From assembly GCA_945859975.1 (NCBI GenBank), contig CAMAPH010000002.1, positions 96,001-160,000 on the forward strand: a stretch of 64,000 bases of DNA, given 5' to 3'. This document shows, piece after piece, positions 1-8,348 of the stretch. Under the pieces are notes generated by a model. The model had not been told where the DNA came from and ran no database searches. It worked only from the letters and a program-made list of their open reading frames with translations. This DNA is from Chthonomonas calidirosea. GTDB taxonomy: Bacteria; Armatimonadota; Fimbriimonadia; Fimbriimonadales; Fimbriimonadaceae. Each line of letters opens with the position of its first letter. Positions within the stretch are counted from its first letter, which is position 1. A program made the position numbers and the translations under genes.

Positions 1-587
1 TGCAATGGTTGGTGAATATCGGCGATCACGTGCGTCGCCCAGTAAATCCAGAATGCGCCTTCGCGGTACTTCTGATTGGTTCCGGCGAGGGTGGTTCGCA
101 ACCCATTGTCTATCTGCTTCAAGCCATAGAGCGCGTTTGAGGGGCGTGGCGGCGCTGGTGTTCCCGAGCCGGCAAAGAACAACGGGAAATCTACGTAGTG
201 CCAAGTCTTCATCCGGTTCTCCTCGCTTCCACGCTGGAACGGATCTTGCGTAGGCTTCGTCCCCGGAGACTGCTTGTTAAGGTTGTTCACCCAGTCTTCA
301 AACCGCTCAGACGGCTTTCCTTTGATGTCGTCCGGCCACAGACCTGCCTCGCGGAACCACGGTCGAACCCGACTTTCGAGGTACTGCTCGGAGTACACAT
401 TATCGATGGGCCGCTTTGGCTGATAGGCGGTGTCCCCTTCAATGAGCGCACGAGCAATCTTTGCTTTCACCGCAGGCTTGAGAAGCTTCCAGGCGATGTC
501 GTTGACTTGCTGGTGACCGATGCCATCCCAGCCGAAAGCCGAAGCTCCGGCAGCGAGGGTGAGCACGAGGCAGATATTGCGGCGCAT
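1..587 (-). CDS. S1/P1 nuclease family protein, secreted (5' part; runs off the window edge)
   Basis: Translated by hand, absent from the ORF track: MRRNICLVLTLAAGASAFG|WDGIGHQQV...WPDDIK...WHYVDFP...HVIADIHQPL. Signal peptide plus the W-x3-H, WxD, WHY and H-x3-D-x-HQPLH zinc motifs of S1/P1 nucleases. Confidence 0.9.
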   Translation of the reverse strand, partial: MRRNICLVLTLAAGASAFGWDGIGHQQVNDIAWKLLKPAVKAKIARALIEGDTAYQPKRPIDNVYSEQYLESRVRPWFREAGLWPDDIKGKPSERFEDWVNNLNKQSPGTKPTQDPFQRGSEENRMKTWHYVDFPLFFAGSGTPAPPRPSNALYGLKQIDNGLRTTLAGTNQKYREGAFWIYWATHVIADIHQPL

Positions 588-751
588 GCCTATGGATACC
601 TCAGACATCTAGAGTTTCATGCAACTATCCGAGACCCTCGTGATCAAATCTATCGCTTCATAAGGATGGAAAATTGCACTGATTCTATCGAACCGAATCT
701 ACTTAATGACCATCATACGAGAGGGACTCATGTCCCATCTAAGTTGCCGTC

Positions 752-3565
752 ATGAAAGCCGGACCATTTGCACTCGCCCTATTCACGCTCTCAACAATGT
801 CGTTGGCAGACAGCCCGCAATCGCGCCAGGCCGGCGTCCGATGGCTTTCTGACATCGTGATTCAACTTAAGCCGAACCAGAACGCAGAGATTTTCGCCAC
901 TCTCAACGGCCTCAAGTACAAACGCGCGCTCCCTTCGATGAAGGACAGTTTTGTCTTCACCGTCGCCAATTCGTCCCTCGTGCCAGATGAAGTCGCTCGC
1001 TTGCGACGGAACCGAAACGTCATTGGCGCTTGGCAAGACGTAGTCGCGCCACGAATGCAGTGCCAGTTCGTTCCCAACGACCCGTACATCAATGCAATCG
1101 AGACGCAACCCAACGCCCCGTCCGATGACACGTACTATTACGGCCAAGCCGTTATCGGGTTCGAAGCGTTCGCGCAGTCATACACCGGCTCGTCCAAGGG
1201 GTATTCGCCGTTTCCAATCCCGATCAACTTTCTTGATGACGGTTTCGAAGGTGCTCACCCAGACGTAGCCATCAACACGTTTGGTTATGATTTCATCGGA
1301 AACGATAACGACGTCCGTCAGCCTGGTTCCTTCCACGGCACCGCGATGATCGGTTTGGCAACCGCCCGAGGCGGAAACGGGATTGGAGTCTGTGGTACGG
1401 CTCCTCACGCAACGGCGAATGGAGTCCGCGTCAACGTCGTTTCTGGCCCGATCTCTGCCTATGTAAACGCCATGAATAGCGGCTATCCAAATAGCGCCAT
1501 GGTTCACGGAAGCGTGATCGCGACTCCTTGGCTCTCTGCCCCACTGGCTCGCACCGGCCTACAACAGTCGAGTACGAACCTCAGCCTCGTGCATTTGATG
1601 CCGTCCGGAAACATGAATCGAACGGCGGAAGCCGATGAGATGCTCACCAGTTCGGATGTGATCGTTGTAAGCGGCTACAACATTAACACGTCAACCGGAG
1701 ATAACGAGATGATCGAAAACTCGGCGTTCGGCCCGAACGTTTTCTGCACGGCGCCGGCGTCGATTTCTAGGGAGCCGAGCATGTTCGGCTCGCCACCGAT
1801 ACTGCGGGGCTTCGGAACCACCGAATCTCTGTCCGGAGGGTTTGGCTCAGACGGGCGCCTGCTTTCTGGCTATACCGACCGGTTCTCGGGCACGAGCGCA
1901 TCGGTCGCGATGATGGGAGGCGTGATGGCCCAGTTCCAAGAGTCGGTCCTGAGCCGGCCAAGCATGTTCCAGACCCGCGTCATTAAGCATCTGATCGCGA
2001 GAAACTCCACCCCGATCAATACCGAGGACAACACCAATCCACGCGGCGGCTGGATTACGAACGCCGCCGGGCGCCAGTTCAACAACAGCTACGGGTTCGG
2101 ACGAGTTCGGGTGCTCGACATGATTCGGGACGGAGCGATGTTCGATGGAGTCACCGCTCCAAGCTTTACGTCGAACGCACTCGAAAATCCGGTTGGTATT
2201 CCAGACAACGATGTCGTCTCCATTCCATTCGAAATGTCTGCGGCGGCACCGCTTGAGGATGTCCAGCTGTTTCTGAATACCGATCACAACAACATCGGGC
2301 AGCTTCGAATCGAGCTGGTGAGTCCAGCGGGGACGGTTGCTTTGTTGAAACCCGAAGACTTCTCTGACACCACAAACGGTCTGGTGTGGAACTTTAGTGC
2401 CAATACGTTTTGGGGCGAAGCGGCCACCGGAACTTGGCAACTGAACATCAGCGACCTCTCGCTAGGAACGGCTGGAACGGTTGATGCTGCCATTCTTCGC
2501 CTGAACACCGGACAGCTGATTCCGCGAGGTGTGGTGAACGATGCGCAGTTCATCGATGCTACTTTCCGAACTCCGCTGTATCGTGGAGCTCAGACCGAAG
2601 CTACCGTTACCCTTCGCAACACTGGTTCAACGACTTGGAGCGAAGCCCAGTCCTACCGACTGATCTCACTTCCGTTCGGAACAAACACCTGGGGACGAGT
2701 CAACGTTGCCTTGGGACCTACGGAGACGGTCGCACCCGGAATGCTCAAGACATTCCGCTTTAACATCGTCGCACCGAATACAGTTGGTTTCCACCTGTTC
2801 CAATGGCAAATGCGACGGGGCGCTGCACCGGCGGCAAACTTTGGTCAGACCACTCCGTTCCGAATGCTGGAAGTACGCGACGGCAACGATGCGCAGTTCG
2901 TGAGCTTCTCCACTCCAACGTTTATGCAGGCAGGTCAGCGCTATTACGTGCGAGTGATCATGAAGAACGTCGGAACGCGATCTTGGACCAATGCTGGCAA
3001 CTACTATCTCGTTTCGCAAAACCCGTTCAACAACACCACTTGGGGCCGAAACAACGTGCCACTTCCCGTGACCGACAACGTTCGAACGAACCAGTCGAAG
3101 GAGTACTTCTTCCCCGTTATCGCACCGAATACTCGCGGATTTGTGAACATGCAATGGCGAATGCGGGAAGGCGGTCGTGAGAACTTCGGCGACTTTACAA
3201 ACAACGTTCCGGTGTACGTGACCCCCGACAAAGGTGTCCTGGTATCGGAGAACTTCGATGGCGACTTCTTTGCCGGTGGAACGGTGAGCTACACCATCAC
3301 GATGCGCAATACCGGAACGTCAACATGGACCCGAGGAAGCTTTGACCTCGTTTCGTTGATTCCAGAAGCCGTCACCACTTGGGGTTGGCTCAGCGAGCCG
3401 ATTCCTGAGGGTGTCTCCGTTCCGCCCGGTGGAACCTTGGCGCTTTCGGTGAACCTGCGCTGCCCGCTCGTTCCTGGGGAGTATCCGTTCGAGGTTGGGT
3501 TCCGGCACACCACATCGAATCGCTTCTTTATCAATGGAGCACCTCGAACGTTCACCGTAAACTAG
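752..3565 (+). CDS. S8 (kexin/furin-like) serine peptidase with P-domain and three C-terminal NBR1-type Ig-like repeats
   Basis: Signal peptide; triad motifs LDDGFE, HGTAMIG, SGTSAS; P-domain (LRIELVSPAGT...GTWQLNISD); repeats DAQF...NTG.TW...WG...AP...QW.M...FG. Confidence 0.88.
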   Translation: MKAGPFALALFTLSTMSLADSPQSRQAGVRWLSDIVIQLKPNQNAEIFATLNGLKYKRALPSMKDSFVFTVANSSLVPDEVARLRRNRNVIGAWQDVVAPRMQCQFVPNDPYINAIETQPNAPSDDTYYYGQAVIGFEAFAQSYTGSSKGYSPFPIPINFLDDGFEGAHPDVAINTFGYDFIGNDNDVRQPGSFHGTAMIGLATARGGNGIGVCGTAPHATANGVRVNVVSGPISAYVNAMNSGYPNSAMVHGSVIATPWLSAPLARTGLQQSSTNLSLVHLMPSGNMNRTAEADEMLTSSDVIVVSGYNINTSTGDNEMIENSAFGPNVFCTAPASISREPSMFGSPPILRGFGTTESLSGGFGSDGRLLSGYTDRFSGTSASVAMMGGVMAQFQESVLSRPSMFQTRVIKHLIARNSTPINTEDNTNPRGGWITNAAGRQFNNSYGFGRVRVLDMIRDGAMFDGVTAPSFTSNALENPVGIPDNDVVSIPFEMSAAAPLEDVQLFLNTDHNNIGQLRIELVSPAGTVALLKPEDFSDTTNGLVWNFSANTFWGEAATGTWQLNISDLSLGTAGTVDAAILRLNTGQLIPRGVVNDAQFIDATFRTPLYRGAQTEATVTLRNTGSTTWSEAQSYRLISLPFGTNTWGRVNVALGPTETVAPGMLKTFRFNIVAPNTVGFHLFQWQMRRGAAPAANFGQTTPFRMLEVRDGNDAQFVSFSTPTFMQAGQRYYVRVIMKNVGTRSWTNAGNYYLVSQNPFNNTTWGRNNVPLPVTDNVRTNQSKEYFFPVIAPNTRGFVNMQWRMREGGRENFGDFTNNVPVYVTPDKGVLVSENFDGDFFAGGTVSYTITMRNTGTSTWTRGSFDLVSLIPEAVTTWGWLSEPIPEGVSVPPGGTLALSVNLRCPLVPGEYPFEVGFRHTTSNRFFINGAPRTFTVN

Positions 3566-3574
3566 GCTCGACAA

Positions 3575-3613
3575 TGCGACGGGCAGTCAGAAATGGCCGC
3601 CCGTCGCAACTTT
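3575..3613 (+). terminator. hairpin, probable terminator
   Basis: TGCGACGGGC...GCCCGTCGCA followed by a short T run, just after the S8 stop. Confidence 0.55.
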
Positions 3614-3719
3614 ATCAGCTTAAAATTCTCAATTCTTTATAAATTGGGAACCATTTTGTCCTTCGCGGACTTAGAATGGATTGTAGGCAGTGATTCTGCC
3701 CCCAAACGAGGAAAAGACC

Positions 3720-4256
3720 ATGATCAACACCCTAATCGCTCTCAGCGCCGTCGCGTTCGCTGGCCCTAACTCTGGTCTCAAGCCAGGCGAAGCCATCACG
3801 CCTTTCCACCCAACGCACGTTGCTGGCCCTCTCGCTGGTTCGACCGACTGCTTCCCTTGCACCTTCCAGAACCGACCACAGGTTCAGGTTTGGGTTAACG
3901 GCGATGACAGCGCAAACGTTGGCAAGATCGTCAGCGCCCTCAACAAGGCCGTCGAAGCTAACAAGTCAAGCGAATTCAAGGCCATGGTCGTCATCCTCGC
4001 ACCAGCCGGAAAGAAAGCTGCCTACGTCAGCATGGTTAAGGGAATGATTCCAAACCTCAAGCAGGCAACCGCAGTTTCGGTTCTCGAGAAGAACGAAGAT
4101 GCCGTCAGCGCATACAAGATCAACACCTCGGCCGACGTCAAGAACACCGTTTTGGTCTACAAGAACTGGAAGGTCGCACAGACGATGACCAACCTCAAGG
4201 CAGACGAAGCTGGCGTTAAGTCGCTCAACGCTGCTATCGCAAAGATCGCTAAGTAA
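3720..4256 (+). CDS. secreted hypothetical protein, thioredoxin/AhpC-like fold with CxxC
   Basis: Signal peptide, GLKPGE...PF, CFPC motif; GAGG RBS before ATG 3720. Confidence 0.6.
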   Translation: MINTLIALSAVAFAGPNSGLKPGEAITPFHPTHVAGPLAGSTDCFPCTFQNRPQVQVWVNGDDSANVGKIVSALNKAVEANKSSEFKAMVVILAPAGKKAAYVSMVKGMIPNLKQATAVSVLEKNEDAVSAYKINTSADVKNTVLVYKNWKVAQTMTNLKADEAGVKSLNAAIAKIAK

Positions 4257-4273
4257 GTTAGTCGATCCGTGCC

Positions 4274-4306
4274 GCCCCGCTGAAGTGATTCAGCGGGGCT
4301 TTTTTT
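4274..4306 (+). terminator. intrinsic terminator
   Basis: GCCCCGCTGAA-gtga-TTCAGCGGGGC followed by T7. Confidence 0.85.
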
Positions 4307-4345
4307 CGCCTCATTGCGACCGAAGTGCTGTATCATGGTTGGCAA

Positions 4346-4933
4346 GTGGCAATAGCGAGAAATCTAAGAGAGCGTGCGGGCAAGCGTGGTTTCTCGCTGC
4401 TTGAACTTCTCGTGGTGCTGGCGATCTTAGCCGTCCTTGCCGCGCTGCTGTACCCCGTGTTTGTCTCAACGCAACGCAGCGCTCGAACGACTGAGACCAT
4501 CGCCAAGTTGCGAAACATTGCCATCGCGACGGCTTTGTACCGCGCTGAGCATGATGGGGATGGCAACTTTGGGACTCCAGCGGAAATGGGTTTGCCGACC
4601 TTTTTTCAGATGGACTTAATAATGCGGCGCGATGACAATCCGTTTTTCAAGCGATCGATGTTTGAACCCGCATGTGACTGGCACGGAGTCGAGGGAGGCT
4701 TTACATTCGGTTATGTGGAAGAAGAGGACAACGAATGGATGCCAATCCTAAAAAGATTGCGAGGCGATTTTCCTTTGGTATACACAACCGGCTGCACACC
4801 TCCTCGTGCATCGCTGCATAACCCATATATGCCAACGCTTTTTCTCGGAAACGCAGTGGATGGTCACTTAATCCGGTTCACTACCCACGGGAATCCGGAG
4901 TTTTCAGAATACTGGAAGGATTGGAGCCCGTGA
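4346..4933 (+). CDS. prepilin-type N-terminal cleavage/methylation domain protein
   Basis: RG|FSLLELLVVLAILAVLAALLYPVF motif; C-terminal VDGH. Start uncertain. Confidence 0.85.
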   Translation: MAIARNLRERAGKRGFSLLELLVVLAILAVLAALLYPVFVSTQRSARTTETIAKLRNIAIATALYRAEHDGDGNFGTPAEMGLPTFFQMDLIMRRDDNPFFKRSMFEPACDWHGVEGGFTFGYVEEEDNEWMPILKRLRGDFPLVYTTGCTPPRASLHNPYMPTLFLGNAVDGHLIRFTTHGNPEFSEYWKDWSP

Positions 4934-5559
4934 TAAAGTCCAAAAAGAACCAATCCAGTAAACGACGGTTACTTCGGTCGGTCACCATCGGACTCGGTGT
5001 CGTATCTGCTAGCATCCTTGGCTTTTTCTTGACTCGGGCGGAAACGGGCGAGGATGTTGCTCGAAAAGTCCTCGCGTGCGTGGAACGGGGCGATGGCGCG
5101 TGCGTCAATAAGTACCGTTGGGAACTTGACAAGCGTGACCAACCCATTTCTGATGCGGAAATGTCCCGGTTCTTGCGCGAGTTTATGGACGCGAGACTGT
5201 CATTGAACGAACCACTTGAGGCACCAAAGGTTGTTGTGGAAAGATCGTCTGTTACAATCGAGAGACAGTATCAAGGTGGGCTGATCGCATTGGCCGTTGA
5301 GCAAACGGAAGCTGGATACCGAGCAATTCATCCGGTAACGATGATGATCCTCTGCTCGTACCACGGCACGCAACGCCTTTCAGGACGAGCCAAAACGCAG
5401 GCTTGGGTGGCAGGACTGACTAAAGATGCGAGTCAACTGAATTCCTACGGCATCATCGGTCTAGAGCGCCAGCCATACGGTTCAGTAGAGACCTTTGAAG
5501 ATTTCGTCCGCCGGAGGACTGCGGTGCTTAGCAAACCGATTCCGAAGATGAAGCCGTAG
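4930..5559 (+). CDS. hypothetical membrane-anchored protein
   Basis: Long ORF coupled (GTGA) to the pilin-like gene; N-terminal TM helix. Confidence 0.6.
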   Translation: MIKSKKNQSSKRRLLRSVTIGLGVVSASILGFFLTRAETGEDVARKVLACVERGDGACVNKYRWELDKRDQPISDAEMSRFLREFMDARLSLNEPLEAPKVVVERSSVTIERQYQGGLIALAVEQTEAGYRAIHPVTMMILCSYHGTQRLSGRAKTQAWVAGLTKDASQLNSYGIIGLERQPYGSVETFEDFVRRRTAVLSKPIPKMKP

Positions 5560-6070
5560 GTGCGCAACGCGCATGGAACGCCACCACCGCCGCCGCGACG
5601 TGGACGTTGATGCTTCTTCCCTTCCCGGCCATCGGAATAAACACTGCCGCATCGCACTGCTTGAGCACGTTGCCGTAGATGCCCCCGCCCTCACTGCCTA
5701 ACACCAAGCACAACTTGTCGGGGTACTCAAACTCGGTGTACGACACCGCAGAATCTGCGACCTCAACCGCCACCAGCGTGTAACCCACTGCCTTGGCGGC
5801 CGCGACCGCCTCATCATGCCGGGCAAAGTGGTGGAACGGCACCCGCCGATGCGCCCCCATGCTGGTCACGCCAACCATCGGATTCTCGAGCGTCGGCGTC
5901 TTCCCGCTCGCAAAAATCTCCACCGCCCCGCAGGCATCGGCTACGCGAAACATTCCGCCGACGTTGTAGCCATCCGCCCAGTCTTGGAGTAGAAACGCAA
6001 CGTCCATCTCCCGCATTTCCGCTGCCTCAAGGAAGCGCTTGATCTGGGTTTTGGATCGTAGCTGTTTCAT
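5528..6070 (-). CDS. SpoU/TrmH family RNA methyltransferase
   Basis: NVGGMFRVADACG, LVLGSEGGG, IPMAGKGRSINVHVA SPOUT motifs. Confidence 0.9.
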   Translation of the reverse strand: MKQLRSKTQIKRFLEAAEMREMDVAFLLQDWADGYNVGGMFRVADACGAVEIFASGKTPTLENPMVGVTSMGAHRRVPFHHFARHDEAVAAAKAVGYTLVAVEVADSAVSYTEFEYPDKLCLVLGSEGGGIYGNVLKQCDAAVFIPMAGKGRSINVHVAAAVVAFHARCAPTASSSESVC

Positions 6071-6095
6071 CGCGTGGTCGATGCTACTACAAAAC

Positions 6096-6132
6096 AAAAA
6101 ACGGGCTTCGGCGAAAACCGCCGAGGCCCGTT
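6096..6132 (-). terminator. intrinsic terminator of rplJL
   Basis: Minus strand AACGGGCCTCGGCG-loop-CGCCGAAGCCCGTT followed by a T run, after rplL. Confidence 0.75.
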
Positions 6133-6148
6133 AACATCTTGTAACGAA

Positions 6149-6550
6149 TTACTTGATGTCGACTTTGCCGCCGGCTTCTTCGACCGACTTCTTGATCTTC
6201 TCGGCATCGTCCTTGCTGATGCCCTGCTTGAGTGGCTGTGGAGCGCCATCGACGAGGTCCTTGGCTTCTTTGAGGCCGAGACCCGTGAGTTCTCGAACGA
6301 CCTTGATAACCTGAAGCTTGGCAGCGCCAGCTTCGGTGAGGATGACATCGAATTCGGTCTTCTCTTCTTCAACCGGTGCAGCTGCTGCTGCGCCGCCGCC
6401 CATGCCAGCGAACATGGCTGGGTTGAAGCCACCCATCGGAGCAGCGGCGGTTACACCGAACTTGTCTTCGAGGGCCTTCTTGAGTTCTGAGAGTTCAATT
6501 GCGGTCATTCCTGCAATCGATTCGACGAGTGATTCTACGGTGGTTGCCAT
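6149..6550 (-). CDS. rplL: 50S ribosomal protein L7/L12
   Basis: [10 protein letters not shown]...[22 protein letters not shown]. Confidence 0.98.
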   Translation of the reverse strand: MATTVESLVESIAGMTAIELSELKKALEDKFGVTAAAPMGGFNPAMFAGMGGGAAAAAPVEEEKTEFDVILTEAGAAKLQVIKVVRELTGLGLKEAKDLVDGAPQPLKQGISKDDAEKIKKSVEEAGGKVDIK

Positions 6551-6555
6551 GGTTT

Positions 6556-7203
6556 TTAGTTTCCTTCTGCTTCCGGGGTCGCCGGGGTTTCGGCCGGAGC
6601 CTCGGTGGCTTCCGGTTCTGCCACAGCTTCGGCGGCGGGCGCTTCGGCTGGGGTCTCTTCAGATGTCGTTGCCGGGGTTTCTACACCCTCATTGACCTTG
6701 TCGGCCACGGCATAAATGGTGCGAATCGGATCGGCGTATAGCGCCTCGATAACGCCCACAAGATTGGTTAGCGGTGCAGCGATGGCACCGATCACTTGCG
6801 AGATCAGTACTTCCTTCGATGGCAGTTCGCTGATGCCTTCAACTTCTTTCGAAGTGTAAGCTCGGCCGGCGAACAGGCCACCCTTCACCACCAGCTTCTT
6901 GCTGGTTCGTGCGTAATCGAGGAGCAGCTTGGCCACTTCCGGCTCGTTCTCGAACACAAACGCATAAGCGGTCGTTCCGTTGTCGTATTCGAAGGGCAGG
7001 TTCTGTCCCGCTTCGCCCGCGGCCTGGCGGAACAAGGTGTTCTTGACGATGTGCAGCTCGGCGCCCTTCTCTCGAAGGCTAGCGCGAAGCGCCTGCAGGT
7101 CCTTAACCTTGAGTCCGCGATAGTCGGTAAAGACTACGCCGCTCGACTTGGAATACCACTCCCGCGTTTGCTCGATGACTTGTGCTTTTTCTGCGGTCGG
7201 CAT
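6556..7203 (-). CDS. rplJ: 50S ribosomal protein L10 with acidic Ala/Glu/Pro C-terminal tail
   Basis: MPTAEK...DYRGLKV...VKNTLFR...[11 protein letters not shown]; real start ATG 7203 with GGAG RBS. Confidence 0.96.
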   Translation of the reverse strand: MPTAEKAQVIEQTREWYSKSSGVVFTDYRGLKVKDLQALRASLREKGAELHIVKNTLFRQAAGEAGQNLPFEYDNGTTAYAFVFENEPEVAKLLLDYARTSKKLVVKGGLFAGRAYTSKEVEGISELPSKEVLISQVIGAIAAPLTNLVGVIEALYADPIRTIYAVADKVNEGVETPATTSEETPAEAPAAEAVAEPEATEAPAETPATPEAEGN

Positions 7204-7234
7204 ATTGCTCCTGTTTTCTCGGAAGCCTTCGGCA

Positions 7235-7370
7235 ACAAAAAAGCCCCTGCCCAAACCGAAGGACAGAGACGTGTGCGAGGCGAACCTCCAACGTATTCTC
7301 TTGTATCCCCTCGGCGGGCCGATCCTTGCGAATCGCTTAAGGCAATTAAGCCACCTGCTGTCTCCAGAGT
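7235..7370 (-). promoter_or_regulatory. ribosomal protein L10 leader (autogenous attenuator)
   Basis: Minus strand GAGACAGCAGGTGG...TTAA...CCCGCCGAGG core matches the L10 leader, followed by a terminator-like hairpin with T6 upstream of rplJ. Confidence 0.85.
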
Positions 7371-7411
7371 TCGTAAGAGTATGACACGAGCGATGCCGCA
7401 GAATGCAACAC

Positions 7412-7455
7412 AAAAAATGCGTCGGCTCCCGAAGCGGGAGTCCGACGCAAGTTTT
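7412..7455. terminator. bidirectional intrinsic terminator
   Basis: A6-TGCGTCGG CTCCCG-aag-CGGGAG T CCGACGCA-TTTT. Confidence 0.75.
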
Positions 7456-7468
7456 GAATTCAAAAAGC

Positions 7469-8245
7469 TCAGTTCTTGATCGTGTTCTCAGACAGCTTCC
7501 AGGTGATGTAGCCTTTGTCGCCGTCCGGCTTCGTGTACACCGCGTGGAAGTACGAGAAGTTCTTGTCAAGGTTCTCGGCGTAAACCGTTCCCGCAATCGG
7601 GTTCGTCTTTCCGCGCTCATAGAAGCCGACAAACAGAGGCGAATCCACCGGGAACGAACCCGTGAGGGCGTTGCCGCCGCTCTGGATGGCTCCAACCGGA
7701 CCGACTACCGTGCGCTGAGAATCGGTTTGACTCACCCGTCGCCAAGCCGCGTCGAGGTTTGGCGTTGCTTTGTACGCCGACATCAGGTTGACCCAGGCAA
7801 AGTTGTTCGCGTATCCGATCGGGAAGTCCAGCCAGTTGAAGGCCGAGTTGGAACCGGCGAAGGCGAAGACCTGGAACGAGTACTCCATCTTCTGGTAGCC
7901 ACCGAAGACGTAGTTGCCGGTCGTGGCGTCCGTGACCGACCAGTAAACGTCTGGCCCGGAGAACACGCGGTCAAAGAACTGCCCCTGCTCGAGGTTATCT
8001 ACGATCGTCACTCCGTTGACGCGAACGCGAATCCGCTCATATTCCGTGAAGTTCGCGAAGCGAACCTTTGGCGTCGGATCGAGGATCGGCGCTGGGCCAG
8101 TTCCACCTGCCGTTGTTCCTGAGCCTCCGCTCGAACTGGAGGTCGATCCGCCAGAACTTGACGATCCTCCGCCAGAGCCGCCGCAAGCCAAGATGACAAG
8201 CGCGGCAACCGTAAGGGTTCCGATAGCAACGGGTGAAGTGCGCAT
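7469..8245 (-). CDS. lipoprotein, possibly DUF4397-like
   Basis: Lipobox ILA|C, Gly/Ser linker, KVRFANF...VNG beta-rich domain. Confidence 0.65.
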   Translation of the reverse strand: MRTSPVAIGTLTVAALVILACGGSGGGSSSSGGSTSSSSGGSGTTAGGTGPAPILDPTPKVRFANFTEYERIRVRVNGVTIVDNLEQGQFFDRVFSGPDVYWSVTDATTGNYVFGGYQKMEYSFQVFAFAGSNSAFNWLDFPIGYANNFAWVNLMSAYKATPNLDAAWRRVSQTDSQRTVVGPVGAIQSGGNALTGSFPVDSPLFVGFYERGKTNPIAGTVYAENLDKNFSYFHAVYTKPDGDKGYITWKLSENTIKN

Positions 8246-8348
8246 TTTTCCTCTCTGGCGTCCCCAAGCAAGCCGGGGACGCTTTTGCAAGAGTTTAGGT
8301 CACCCGCAAAATGTACGAGGTCACACGATTCCGTGAACTCAAATCACC

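Noticed and set aside
198..755. 185-aa plus-strand ORF (and 5..253)
   Set aside because: Antisense shadow of the S1/P1 nuclease; no recognisable motifs.
4311..5575. Idea that the pilin-like pair was inserted into the trmH 3' end (ALRSQ* fragment at about 4311-4328, minus)
   Set aside because: No nucleotide duplication supports it; a five-residue resemblance can be chance.
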